From IMG/VR virus record IMGVR_UViG_2878930440_000003: DNA of 64,000 nt; one strand, given 5' to 3'. Made by a program: the position numbers and the translations under genes. Shown piece after piece: positions 54,319 to 62,887 of the stretch. The stretch is from a virus (taxonomy: Duplodnaviria > Heunggongvirae > Uroviricota > Caudoviricetes). The stretch's first letter is position 1. Every line of letters starts with the position of its first letter. Below the pieces are notes generated by a model. It saw nothing but the letters and a program-made list of their open reading frames with translations, was not told where the DNA came from and did no database searches.

Positions 54319-55329
54319 TTAAACCTCCATATCTTTAGTTGTACCTATTAACTTTGCAGTCTCCTCATTGTAAGGAAGACAATATCCAAACCAAGCGTCT
54401 CCTGCACATATATATCCGTTAGGTGCTTTATAACTAAAGAAATCTATAGACCATCTATCTGCTTCGCTACATCTTACTACAACCTTATCAAAAGGTTTAA
54501 GCTCGACTTTTTTCTTCAAATCAACAATCATTTTCTTCTCAGCATCCCAAGCCTTGCCCTTCTTTGCAAGAGCATCAAATAACTGCTGCTTTTCTAAGTC
54601 TGTCGCTAAATGAACTGAATAATTGCGAGGTTTACTAAGATATTCATTCTCGCCTAAATTTACAAAACCATTTCTTGTTATATGCGCATGATAATAAAAA
54701 TTTTCATCATCTTCATTTCTATAAATAAATATAAAGCGATAATTATCAAATCTATCCATCATACAAACAATATCACCATCCTTGAACTCTGGCTGAGCCT
54801 TCTCAATCTCCAAAGTTTCAAGGTTTAGTATGCCACCTAATTTTCTTTCAATCTCTCTGACATATCCATAGGCAATATTGTTATCTAACTTGTCAAACTT
54901 AGCTGTTTCTGCATTTGATACGTCTTCGTAACCATCCCTGCTATTAGAATAGCATCCGTTGAACTTTGTATAATCATCCGAATCCCATTCTTTGAAAATG
55001 CACTGAAATCCACTACTATTGATAAGCAAATCGCCTTTCTTCCAAGCGAATTTGCGCCAGTCACGCATTTCTTTTGAAGGAAGGAGAATCTGTAAGCCGT
55101 CAAGCCATCCTTTCATAGTTCCTAATTTGGAAAAAGAAAAATAAATGGTGGTATTAATATCTTTTTGCTTTGTACACCATATAGCTGTTTCTTTATCCGT
55201 TGTACTGATTGTATCTAACTCTACATTTGTATTATATAACCAATTATACAACTTTGTTCCTTGCGGCTTATTCTTTAGAATTTCCGCTATATTAATCTTT
55301 TCTTCCATGTCTGTCTTTTTTATATTCAT
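54319..55329 (-). CDS. hypothetical protein, large paralog family A
   Basis: 336 aa; shares INIAEILKNKPQGTKLY, PSKEMRDWRKFAWKKGD, ATDLEKQQLFDALAKKGKAWDAEKK and CLPYNEETAKLIGTT with 12617..13645. Confidence 0.5.
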   Translation of the reverse strand: MNIKKTDMEEKINIAEILKNKPQGTKLYNWLYNTNVELDTISTTDKETAIWCTKQKDINTTIYFSFSKLGTMKGWLDGLQILLPSKEMRDWRKFAWKKGDLLINSSGFQCIFKEWDSDDYTKFNGCYSNSRDGYEDVSNAETAKFDKLDNNIAYGYVREIERKLGGILNLETLEIEKAQPEFKDGDIVCMMDRFDNYRFIFIYRNEDDENFYYHAHITRNGFVNLGENEYLSKPRNYSVHLATDLEKQQLFDALAKKGKAWDAEKKMIVDLKKKVELKPFDKVVVRCSEADRWSIDFFSYKAPNGYICAGDAWFGYCLPYNEETAKLIGTTKDMEV

Positions 55330-55569
55330 TTATTCTTCACTAAAATATTTCTTAACAAACGCTCGTTCGGTGAGCCATTTTCCAAACCCCACTCTAAAGT
55401 AACGCTTTGATTTACCTTTCGCAAACCCATATTCATCACGAGGTGTATTTACACTTAGGTGTATCTTAGGAACATGGTTCACCGATACGTATGCAGTTAT
55501 ATATTCATCCGAGAATGCCAAATGCTGAACTTCACGGAACTTTACACTTTTAAAGAACATTTCCTTCAT
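55330..55569 (-). CDS. hypothetical protein
   Basis: 79-aa ORF. Confidence 0.35.
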   Translation of the reverse strand: MKEMFFKSVKFREVQHLAFSDEYITAYVSVNHVPKIHLSVNTPRDEYGFAKGKSKRYFRVGFGKWLTERAFVKKYFSEE

Positions 55570-55574
55570 AAGCC

Positions 55575-56003
55575 TTAGTCCTTATAGATTGCATCAAGAA
55601 TGCTTCTGAAATTCGGATTATCAATAACGGCTTGGGCATCTTCTTTGTTCTTGAAGTAAATAGCTCCCTCGTTATAACTACTACAAGAAGTAATACCATA
55701 TTCACGGGTTCGCATGATATTATACTTATGTTCATTAGAATTCCAATCCGGTTTCCAATCTCCATTATAACACTTAGCTATATCCATTAACTTATCCAAT
55801 GCAACAATTTTCTCTACATTACTATTAGTAACATTAGCAACGACAGGGCTAAGGCCACGGTCTATTAAAGTAGATATAACATCCTCATAGCTGAATGGTC
55901 TCTTCTTGAATGCTATAATGCCCACTTTCAAGTCACTTTTTTCAATGTCCACTTCCATTCCTTTAGGAATATCTATGATTAACTTATTATCTAGCATTTT
56001 CAT
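55575..56003 (-). CDS. hypothetical protein
   Basis: 142-aa ORF. Confidence 0.4.
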   Translation of the reverse strand: MKMLDNKLIIDIPKGMEVDIEKSDLKVGIIAFKKRPFSYEDVISTLIDRGLSPVVANVTNSNVEKIVALDKLMDIAKCYNGDWKPDWNSNEHKYNIMRTREYGITSCSSYNEGAIYFKNKEDAQAVIDNPNFRSILDAIYKD

Positions 56004-56322
56004 TTTTCTTATGTTTCATTTCCAAAATATATTTTTTATTCACAACCAACTCGAAGAACTTATATTTAGCATGCATGTAGTTGCGACCTAAATCAACTCC
56101 ACCGACAAATTCTTCTCTATACCAAGAGATTGCCGTATATTTTACAATATCATGCTCTTCCGGATGATTCACACGACCATTCCACACATTTGTGCGAACC
56201 AGATCGCAATACCCATCAGGTAATTTGGCACGTATCATCCTCGTATTCTCCGCATCAATATAGACGTTTTTGTATTCCAAATCTACGCCTAAAATTTCCT
56301 GATTAAGCTTTGCTACATCCAT
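55987..56322 (-). CDS. hypothetical protein
   Basis: 111-aa ORF. Confidence 0.4.
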   Translation of the reverse strand: MDVAKLNQEILGVDLEYKNVYIDAENTRMIRAKLPDGYCDLVRTNVWNGRVNHPEEHDIVKYTAISWYREEFVGGVDLGRNYMHAKYKFFELVVNKKYILEMKHKKNENAR

Positions 56323-56572
56323 ATCTTTTCAATCTTAAAACACTACGTTGAAGATCCCTCGGTTTGAACGGATTCTTCTCCAGTATTTTATTCACATCAT
56401 TTCGTATCTTGCGGCTTTCCCACTTCTTTGTAAGACGCATAGCCTTTAACAAACGATGGTCTCCGGCTAGCTTTCCTGCATCCATCTTGCCACAATAATA
56501 GCCTTGCCTATAAGCCCAATATCGGGTTTTATAGACTTCCTTCATTATCTTCTTAGCTTGTCTTATTTTCAT
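56303..56572 (-). CDS. small basic protein, MKIRQAKKIM family
   Basis: Probable start MKIRQAKKIMKEVYK inside the 56303..56668 ORF. Confidence 0.35.
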   Translation of the reverse strand: MKIRQAKKIMKEVYKTRYWAYRQGYYCGKMDAGKLAGDHRLLKAMRLTKKWESRKIRNDVNKILEKNPFKPRDLQRSVLRLKRYGCSKA

Positions 56573-56579
56573 GTCAACC

Positions 56580-56903
56580 TCACTTTCTGCAAAAAAAAAT
56601 TCCATGACACCAATCGCTGCTTTCAACATACTTATGTAGTTTAGTACATCTTCCTGCAAGCATACCATTGAAATGTTTACAACGACTGCATTCCTTTGAA
56701 GTTCTCAAAATTGAACGAAACAAACTAACGTTGGCACTCGACATATTTACCTTATTCCATCTGATAGTTGCTTTCTGATAGAGATTCTTTAATCTAGGAA
56801 TGAATCTACTCTCTTTCTTAAATGTATATTTGGAATCGAAGTAACGTGTGTCCGTTCCTCTCTCCATCATATTCATAATTTTCTTAGCTTGTCTAATCTT
56901 CAT
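56580..56903 (-). CDS. small basic protein, MKIRQAKKIM family
   Basis: MKIRQAKKIMNMMERG...; tandem paralog of 56303..56572. Confidence 0.4.
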   Translation of the reverse strand: MKIRQAKKIMNMMERGTDTRYFDSKYTFKKESRFIPRLKNLYQKATIRWNKVNMSSANVSLFRSILRTSKECSRCKHFNGMLAGRCTKLHKYVESSDWCHGIFFCRK

Positions 56904-56906
56904 ACA

Positions 56907-57287
56907 TTACTTGTTTTTATAAATTTCACATGTCCCCTCATAAATAGTGTTATTACTATAAATGTCATTATATTGCGAAATGGAAACCAATCCGTTTTTC
57001 TTCATTCCCTTAAGAATTTCATCGTACACACTTTCTATTGCTCTTCTCTTCAATTGCTCCATGCCCGATTTATCACGACCATAATACTGCGTATCAAAGT
57101 ATGACATTTCAACTCTTGAATGAAGCTTAATAACTTGTGGCTTTATGTATCTAACCTCTATCTTCGGTTTGATGCCTAATTCGTCAGCTAGCCATTGCTT
57201 CCATTTTGGCTTAACATCTTCTCCATCCAAACAAACAAGCAAGATGTAGATAAAGCTCATACTAAGATATAAAATTGCTATATTCAT
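56907..57287 (-). CDS. hypothetical membrane-anchored protein
   Basis: N-terminal hydrophobic ILYLSMSFIYILLVCL. Confidence 0.4.
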   Translation of the reverse strand: MNIAILYLSMSFIYILLVCLDGEDVKPKWKQWLADELGIKPKIEVRYIKPQVIKLHSRVEMSYFDTQYYGRDKSGMEQLKRRAIESVYDEILKGMKKNGLVSISQYNDIYSNNTIYEGTCEIYKNK

Positions 57288-57295
57288 ACGTCATA

Positions 57296-57667
57296 TTATT
57301 TTAGATGAACAACAAAGTTTTTTGGCTTATACTCGATAAAACCATTTCCCTTTTTCGTTTGAGTAGTCTCAATACTGAAACCTGCGCAATCCTTACTTAG
57401 AACTCTTGTTTGAGAACCTACCCTACAGAAAAGTTGGACATAATCAATTTTTTTAAAGATATGGTATATGGAACGCCCATACTGAATATGAGGTTCGCCA
57501 TTAATCATTTTGACTTTTATTTGATTTGGTTCACCTTCTATCTTTACACCATCAATAAGAGTATGACACCAACGTGGTATGCAAGGTAAACATAATATTT
57601 TTACCTTGCCTTGCTTGATTTCATCAAACTCCTTCTCACCGATAGTAACATTTAAATATCTACACAT
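57296..57667 (-). CDS. hypothetical protein
   Basis: 123-aa ORF; start lies in AAGAAGTAGCGTATG. Confidence 0.4.
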   Translation of the reverse strand: MCRYLNVTIGEKEFDEIKQGKVKILCLPCIPRWCHTLIDGVKIEGEPNQIKVKMINGEPHIQYGRSIYHIFKKIDYVQLFCRVGSQTRVLSKDCAGFSIETTQTKKGNGFIEYKPKNFVVHLK

Positions 57668-57787
57668 ACGCTACTTCTTTTTAGTTAAATTTATCGCCTT
57701 GGTGATTCGATGACATTTAGAACACAATTGGTCAAACCCCAACTTATACCAATATCTTCTTGACCACCAATAATCATTCCGGATCTT

Positions 57788-58111
57788 CTAAATCTTCTTG
57801 GCTTGCCTTATTTGCATCTTGCAGTTTCGTAAATACGACAAGCATTTCTTTCCGATAGTGCCTACCGCCTTGGAATAATCATCATCGTATAATGATTCAT
57901 TACCATCGTATCTACTTAGATATTTCTTTCTTTTAATGTCTGCATCAACCATGATTTTAAGCTTTGCGACAATCACTTCATTACTGGTAGCCTTGCCAAG
58001 AAACCACAACAGATTAGTTAATGTTAACTTGTTTGGTTCATAAGCGTCAACATTAGATAATTCCGACAGCCTTCCTTGAATGTATCTCGTTAGTACCTTT
58101 TTGTAATTCAT
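57788..58111 (-). CDS. hypothetical protein fused at its 3' end to a degraded MKIRQAKKI-family gene
   Basis: C-terminus ...NCKMQIRQAKKI then stop; the following 120 nt (57669-57790) resemble 4325-4504 at the nucleotide level but are frame-shifted. Confidence 0.35.
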   Translation of the reverse strand: MNYKKVLTRYIQGRLSELSNVDAYEPNKLTLTNLLWFLGKATSNEVIVAKLKIMVDADIKRKKYLSRYDGNESLYDDDYSKAVGTIGKKCLSYLRNCKMQIRQAKKI

Positions 58112-58114
58112 ACG

Positions 58115-58507
58115 CTACTTCTCCTTATCGAATTTATTGCCAACAACACAAGCATTAAATAAATTAACAAATGGCTCGTAATTATCAACTTTATCTAAAC
58201 TCTTGAAGGCAAAATTTCCTTCTTCTTCAATATAAACTACCTCATAGAGATTATCTATACCAATAAGGTCTTCGGTATCACGCACAATATCGCCTTCCCA
58301 AATTTCATTGCAGTCTTCGTCCATTATTCCTGTGAACTGGCAGACCGTTTCTGGAATTACTTCGTAAGGAGTTAAATAACATCTATCATCTTCATCACTT
58401 TCTTTACGATGGATAAATGCCGTTCCCTGAGAGTATGTAAGTGAACCCCCAACCCATTCTCCATTGTCAAGACGTTTAGCCTTGAACTTGATATTTTCTA
58501 TTTTCAT
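58115..58507 (-). CDS. YopX-like protein
   Basis: MKIENIKFKAKRLDNGEWVGG...GNKFDKEK; paralog of 5644..6024. Confidence 0.5.
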   Translation of the reverse strand: MKIENIKFKAKRLDNGEWVGGSLTYSQGTAFIHRKESDEDDRCYLTPYEVIPETVCQFTGIMDEDCNEIWEGDIVRDTEDLIGIDNLYEVVYIEEEGNFAFKSLDKVDNYEPFVNLFNACVVGNKFDKEK

Positions 58508-58516
58508 AAGCTATAA

Positions 58517-58954
58517 TTATTTAATTCCATTACATTGCTTAATAACAGCCTTATTAAAAGATAAATTATAAGCATCAGTATCTGTAATACCTTCAACCTC
58601 TTTATATTTGTCAAGAATAGAATCTCTTATTCCGTCAATATAAGGCTTATCTATAAGCTTGAACATAATTACATTAGTCCAATCATCAATTCTCCTGTTT
58701 GGATTATCAATCTCGTCTTTATACCAACCAGATTTTCGCCCACTATCTTTATGTGGAACACGATATTCTGCTACCATTGGTATTGCGATAAATCCATCAT
58801 ACTCCATAGTAAGAACCATTACCCAATCAAGCTCAATTCCAAGTTTTTTCATCTTGAAATACTCTTTAATGGGCAACCATCCTTCTAACTTCATTCGTTC
58901 AATAAACAAGTTAGCTACTCCTGCTCCTATAAATTCTTCGTGCATACTTTTCAT
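58517..58954 (-). CDS. hypothetical protein
   Basis: 145-aa ORF. Confidence 0.4.
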   Translation of the reverse strand: MKSMHEEFIGAGVANLFIERMKLEGWLPIKEYFKMKKLGIELDWVMVLTMEYDGFIAIPMVAEYRVPHKDSGRKSGWYKDEIDNPNRRIDDWTNVIMFKLIDKPYIDGIRDSILDKYKEVEGITDTDAYNLSFNKAVIKQCNGIK

Positions 58955-59274
58955 TTTTTATTTAATTTATGAGCAGTACTATTAGTATGCTCTATATGTT
59001 CATTATTACAACAATATGGATAGAAATATTTATCTGCTCCATACATAAGTTCTTCTATAATATTATCGTCACTATCATTGCACTTAGAATCAATAGTAAC
59101 TCTAATATTTACTTCGAATATTCTTGCCATAACTATTCTTCTTTAAGTTCTAACTCTTGCTTGATTAGTTTTAGAAAACTTCTAGCGTGAACTACAAGAA
59201 CTTTCTTATTTCCTGCGTTCATCATTCTAGTATAGTTTTCAATCATATCATCAATAATTGTTAGTGCCGATACT

Positions 59275-59628
59275 TTACTCATATTTTTTCATATTTAAAT
59301 CTTTAAGTCTATCCTTATAGAAGGCAGGAACTCTACTAATCTGCCACCAAGAATAGCATTCGTCACTCCAAGGTTCAATCCACACTGGTTCTTTTGTGTC
59401 TTTATCTTGGCAGTATACAATTCCACGTACTTCATCATTAAGCAAGAAAGCCTCTACATCAAAATCCAAATCGTCTAATGTTGCATAAGTCTTGCAATAC
59501 TCATTACGTTCCCTAGTGCCTTCCCTTACGAACAACTCAAAATCATTGAATAAATCTATTTTTAGTATCTCTAAGTTATTGCTTTTAACAACATCTAGAA
59601 GAGACTTTTTGACGTTCATTTTGCTCAT
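59275..59628 (-). CDS. hypothetical protein
   Basis: 117-aa ORF. Confidence 0.4.
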   Translation of the reverse strand: MSKMNVKKSLLDVVKSNNLEILKIDLFNDFELFVREGTRERNEYCKTYATLDDLDFDVEAFLLNDEVRGIVYCQDKDTKEPVWIEPWSDECYSWWQISRVPAFYKDRLKDLNMKKYE

Positions 59629-59747
59629 TTCCTATCCCTCTTTTTATAGTCATTGCAATCCATAGGAATATGGTCTGCTAACTCTTGCCAATAACACCTA
59701 TTATCATAATAACAAGTTTGACATTTTTGAATCTTTTCATTCATTAC

Positions 59748-59969
59748 TTATTCTCCTTTAAGTTCGACAGGCTCATCTTTCCAAGACAATTCTTTTCCGA
59801 TGAGCTTCTTAATGCTTCCTTTAGGAAGGTAACAGCAACCGGTATTTGCGTACCTCTGCCCATATAAATATACGACAGAGCAAATCCATAATGTATTACT
59901 TTCATTTCTGCAAGGTTTTTCTGCAAAAATATGTTCACAGCCACCTTTATCTACTGCTAACCATGACAT
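59748..59969 (-). CDS. hypothetical protein (shares C-terminal block with 6318..6854)
   Basis: C-terminal LPKGSIKKLIGKELSWKDEPVELKGE. Confidence 0.35.
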   Translation of the reverse strand: MSWLAVDKGGCEHIFAEKPCRNESNTLWICSVVYLYGQRYANTGCCYLPKGSIKKLIGKELSWKDEPVELKGE

Positions 59970-59977
59970 AACTAATA

Positions 59978-60319
59978 CTATATTTTTTTAATTAATAAAT
60001 TACTTTCCTTATTAAATGGCTTATAACCATTATTCAGATACCATTCGAAAACAAAACTCTCGGATTCATCTTTATTAAATTCCAACCCGATTATTTTCAC
60101 TCCATTTAACTTAGCTTGTTGTTCGGCAAGTTGTAACAGACGTTTTGCAACGCCACATCTTCTATGAGCATCATCAACAAAGAGTGCATATATTAGAGCA
60201 TCAGCTTTGCCGAAAATATCACTAACATATGACGGAATAGATATTTGAACTGAGCCAAGATTTTCTTCATCAGTTATTAAAATTCTGATTTCATCCTTCC
60301 ATGACTGCTTTTGAATCAT
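59978..60319 (-). CDS. GNAT family N-acetyltransferase
   Basis: ALFVDDAHRRCGVAKRLLQLAEQQAK (acetyl-CoA binding motif A) then ...FVFEWYLNNGYKPF. Confidence 0.6.
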   Translation of the reverse strand: MIQKQSWKDEIRILITDEENLGSVQISIPSYVSDIFGKADALIYALFVDDAHRRCGVAKRLLQLAEQQAKLNGVKIIGLEFNKDESESFVFEWYLNNGYKPFNKESNLLIKKI

Positions 60320-60321
60320 AA

Positions 60322-60492
60322 TTAATCCTCCAACTCTATGTTATTTTCTGCTGCGTAGCCATCTTGTGCTTCCTCGCAATACTGCCCTTCGCAAAGCCCA
60401 CCTATGCCGATGTTATATTTTGAAATAATGTTCTTGTTGCAATACTCACAGATAGCATCGCCATGTTTATTTTGTAATTCTTCTCTTGTCAT
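60322..60492 (-). CDS. small Cys-rich protein, MTREEL family
   Basis: 56 aa MTREELQNKHGDAICEYCN...CEGQYCEEAQDGY...ELED; paralog of 7404..7571. Confidence 0.3.
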   Translation of the reverse strand: MTREELQNKHGDAICEYCNKNIISKYNIGIGGLCEGQYCEEAQDGYAAENNIELED

Positions 60493-60497
60493 ATTAG

Positions 60498-60842
60498 TTA
60501 TAGTTTGATTGGGAGACCATGAACATAAACCTCATGAGTGTCACGAGTACCATCTTTTTTCTCCATATGGAAGAAGAGAGTCAATTGTAATGTTGACCTC
60601 ATAAACCTTTCCGATGGTGAACGATAAGGAACTATTTTGGAAAGCCAACCCACACGCCCATCTTCATCCATAATTTTATCTCCGATTTTAACAGGCAAGG
60701 CTTTAATACAGTCTTCTTGAAGTTGTTCCATTTCTCGAAGTAACTCATCGCGTCTTACATTTAATTTGACCATTTTATCTATAAAAGGTCTGGAGATTTC
60801 TCGCCATTTTTCTATATTCCTTTCTACTTCTTCTCTTATCAT
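60498..60842 (-). CDS. hypothetical protein
   Basis: 114-aa ORF. Confidence 0.4.
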   Translation of the reverse strand: MIREEVERNIEKWREISRPFIDKMVKLNVRRDELLREMEQLQEDCIKALPVKIGDKIMDEDGRVGWLSKIVPYRSPSERFMRSTLQLTLFFHMEKKDGTRDTHEVYVHGLPIKL

Positions 60843-60975
60843 ATTCTATCCTCCAACTCTTTAAGTGCTTTATCTAAATACATTATAGCTTCAGTTCTCT
60901 GAGTATTTATAAGCCAATTCATAGAGTTCAAAATCTCAATGGAATTATTAATGTATTCTTTAGCTTTTTCTTTAC

Positions 60976-61272
60976 TCATTGCTTATCCTCCTTTGCTTTT
61001 TTAAGATAAAATTCTCTCCAATCTTCAAAAGTCCAATCTCTTGTGTTATGAGTAAGATTGAAAACTTCCGTATCTTTCTCTAACTGGAATAACAGCCAAG
61101 CGTAATCTTCATATCGCTGTCTTAGCAATCTTTTGCGACACAATCTTACATGCTTGTATAACTTATAATCAGCGGTTGCAGCATCAAAGATTATTTTACC
61201 TACTATTGCTAACAGATAAGCAGATATAACGCCTAATGCAATCCAACCTAATATTGTAATTACTAAATCCAT
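60976..61272 (-). CDS. hypothetical membrane protein
   Basis: N-terminal TM LVITILGWIALGVISAYLLAIVG. Confidence 0.4.
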   Translation of the reverse strand: MDLVITILGWIALGVISAYLLAIVGKIIFDAATADYKLYKHVRLCRKRLLRQRYEDYAWLLFQLEKDTEVFNLTHNTRDWTFEDWREFYLKKAKEDKQ

Positions 61273-61293
61273 ATTCTCTTTTTTTTACCCTCC

Positions 61294-61542
61294 TTAGTAA
61301 TTGATAATTTTCTGTGTTTTACGAACCTTGGCAAAGAACCCACTAATCTGTTCTTTTGTCGCAACACCTTTAATGTGACACTTCATCCAATTGCCAATAC
61401 CATTGGATTTCTGAATCATTCCATCAGAATCCTCACCAATTATCACACCATATCCATCAGCGTTAACAAAGCCATCATGGATAAACACTTTACCATCATT
61501 AGCAACTAAGATAGTACCTGCTTTATATTCACTTAATCTCAT
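61294..61542 (-). CDS. hypothetical protein
   Basis: 82-aa ORF preceded by the CCCTCTCC...GGAGAGGG hairpin. Confidence 0.4.
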   Translation of the reverse strand: MRLSEYKAGTILVANDGKVFIHDGFVNADGYGVIIGEDSDGMIQKSNGIGNWMKCHIKGVATKEQISGFFAKVRKTQKIINY

Positions 61543-61557
61543 ATTCTTTTCTTTTTA

Positions 61558-61581
61558 CCCTCTCCCTTTTACAGGAGAGGG
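61558..61581. terminator. repeated hairpin CCCTCTCC-cttttaca-GGAGAGGG
   Basis: 8-bp stem; near-identical copy at 9616-9639; ends 16 nt upstream of the ATG at 61542. Confidence 0.45.
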
Positions 61582-61592
61582 TGATTAATTAC

Positions 61593-61712
61593 TTACTCAC
61601 AAATAATAGCGAGCTGACCACAAGCAGCTCCATTCTCAATTTCAGCCTTTGTTGCGATTGCTACTGCATAATCGTAACCCATCTTTTCCAATTGATTCTT
61701 AATTGCATTCAT
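61593..61712 (-). CDS. 39-aa peptide ORF with Cys-containing C-terminus
   Basis: MNAIKNQLEKMGYDYAVAIATKAEIENGAACGQLAIICE, manually translated; overlaps the end of the methyltransferase gene by 14 nt. Confidence 0.3.
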   Translation of the reverse strand: MNAIKNQLEKMGYDYAVAIATKAEIENGAACGQLAIICE

Positions 61713-62145
61713 ACTTAGTAATCTCCTTTTCTTTAAATGATTTATAATATAATTGCTTAAAGCCTAACTTGATCAAAACATTGATGTAATCTCTATACTG
61801 TTTACTGATAAAGATTTCGTGGTTGTTGCCAACAAATCTATACCACAAATTGTCAAGAAATACATTTGTCTTGTAATGACCTTGATTGCAGTCAATGATA
61901 ACCAGCTTTCCACCTACCTTCAGATACTTCTTCAAGGTTGTGAAGGTTCTCTGTAAGTCTGGGATATGATGAACAACGTTTCTTAGATAGAATACATCTA
62001 CTGATTTTTCTCTTAGTCCGACAATCTCATCTTTTCCATCATACAGGAAGTCCAATTGTGGAAGGGTTGTTACATCGCAAGTTTTATATCCAGTCTTTGG
62101 ATTATAGCCACTCCCGAAATCAATGCACAATTTTGTCATCATCAA
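61699..62145 (-). CDS. class I SAM-dependent methyltransferase (small)
   Basis: Motif I CIDFGSGYN, VFYLRNVVHHIPD, KVGGKLVIID. Confidence 0.55.
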   Translation of the reverse strand: MMMTKLCIDFGSGYNPKTGYKTCDVTTLPQLDFLYDGKDEIVGLREKSVDVFYLRNVVHHIPDLQRTFTTLKKYLKVGGKLVIIDCNQGHYKTNVFLDNLWYRFVGNNHEIFISKQYRDYINVLIKLGFKQLYYKSFKEKEITKYECN

Positions 62146-62887
62146 TATGATTGTTTCTTCTTACAAGTTCATTGTTCTTAACGGCCTTGCAGTACTTTTC
62201 CCAATCGCAGAAATTTCCAAGAGGAGTTACGATAATATCACTTCGGTTGTACTTCCCATAATTGCCAAATACTCCAAATGTATGACCATTCCACTTGTAA
62301 TCGTAAAATCCATACCCGTCATCGCCAACCTTTACAGAACCTTTTGGGAGTCTTATCTCACCATATCTAGCCTGTAAATCTTCACAAACAATGCTATAGA
62401 AGCCATCTTCCAGTATTGTTTCCAACAATTGTGGATTCAAGCTTTCCTTACACTTAGGAATGTTTATTCTTGTGTTTGGAATAATCTCTTTACACTGAAG
62501 TGCCATGTCTCTACGTCTTTCGTACTGCTCGATAGAAGACACACTGATAGCAACCTCAGTTAATCCAGCATCTTTCAATGCTACGATGATGTCCTCATTA
62601 AGCAGTATTCCATTTGTAACAAGACAAATACCATCTGACGTATAGTTGCTGACTATCTTTACAATCTTTACCAATTCTGGGTTAAGTAAACTCTCACCAC
62701 CCATGATAGTTGCTCTTTTCAGAACACCAACCTTCTTCAAAGTTTCCTCCATCTTATCACAATCCAGTCGCAATGGTGACTTAAACTTTTGGTAGCAGAA
62801 GTAACAATTTCCGTTTACTCCTGTACTTTCGTTCATGTTGCAATTCAGATTTGTGATAATTCTATATCTGAAAATACCCTTTTTCAT
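62120..62887 (-). CDS. radical SAM protein with non-canonical Cx11CxxC cluster motif
   Basis: NLNCNMNESTGVNGNCYFCY (three Cys spaced 11 and 2) and the glycine-rich SAM motif ATIMGGESLLNPE. Confidence 0.5.
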   Translation of the reverse strand: MKKGIFRYRIITNLNCNMNESTGVNGNCYFCYQKFKSPLRLDCDKMEETLKKVGVLKRATIMGGESLLNPELVKIVKIVSNYTSDGICLVTNGILLNEDIIVALKDAGLTEVAISVSSIEQYERRRDMALQCKEIIPNTRINIPKCKESLNPQLLETILEDGFYSIVCEDLQARYGEIRLPKGSVKVGDDGYGFYDYKWNGHTFGVFGNYGKYNRSDIIVTPLGNFCDWEKYCKAVKNNELVRRNNHIDDDKIVH

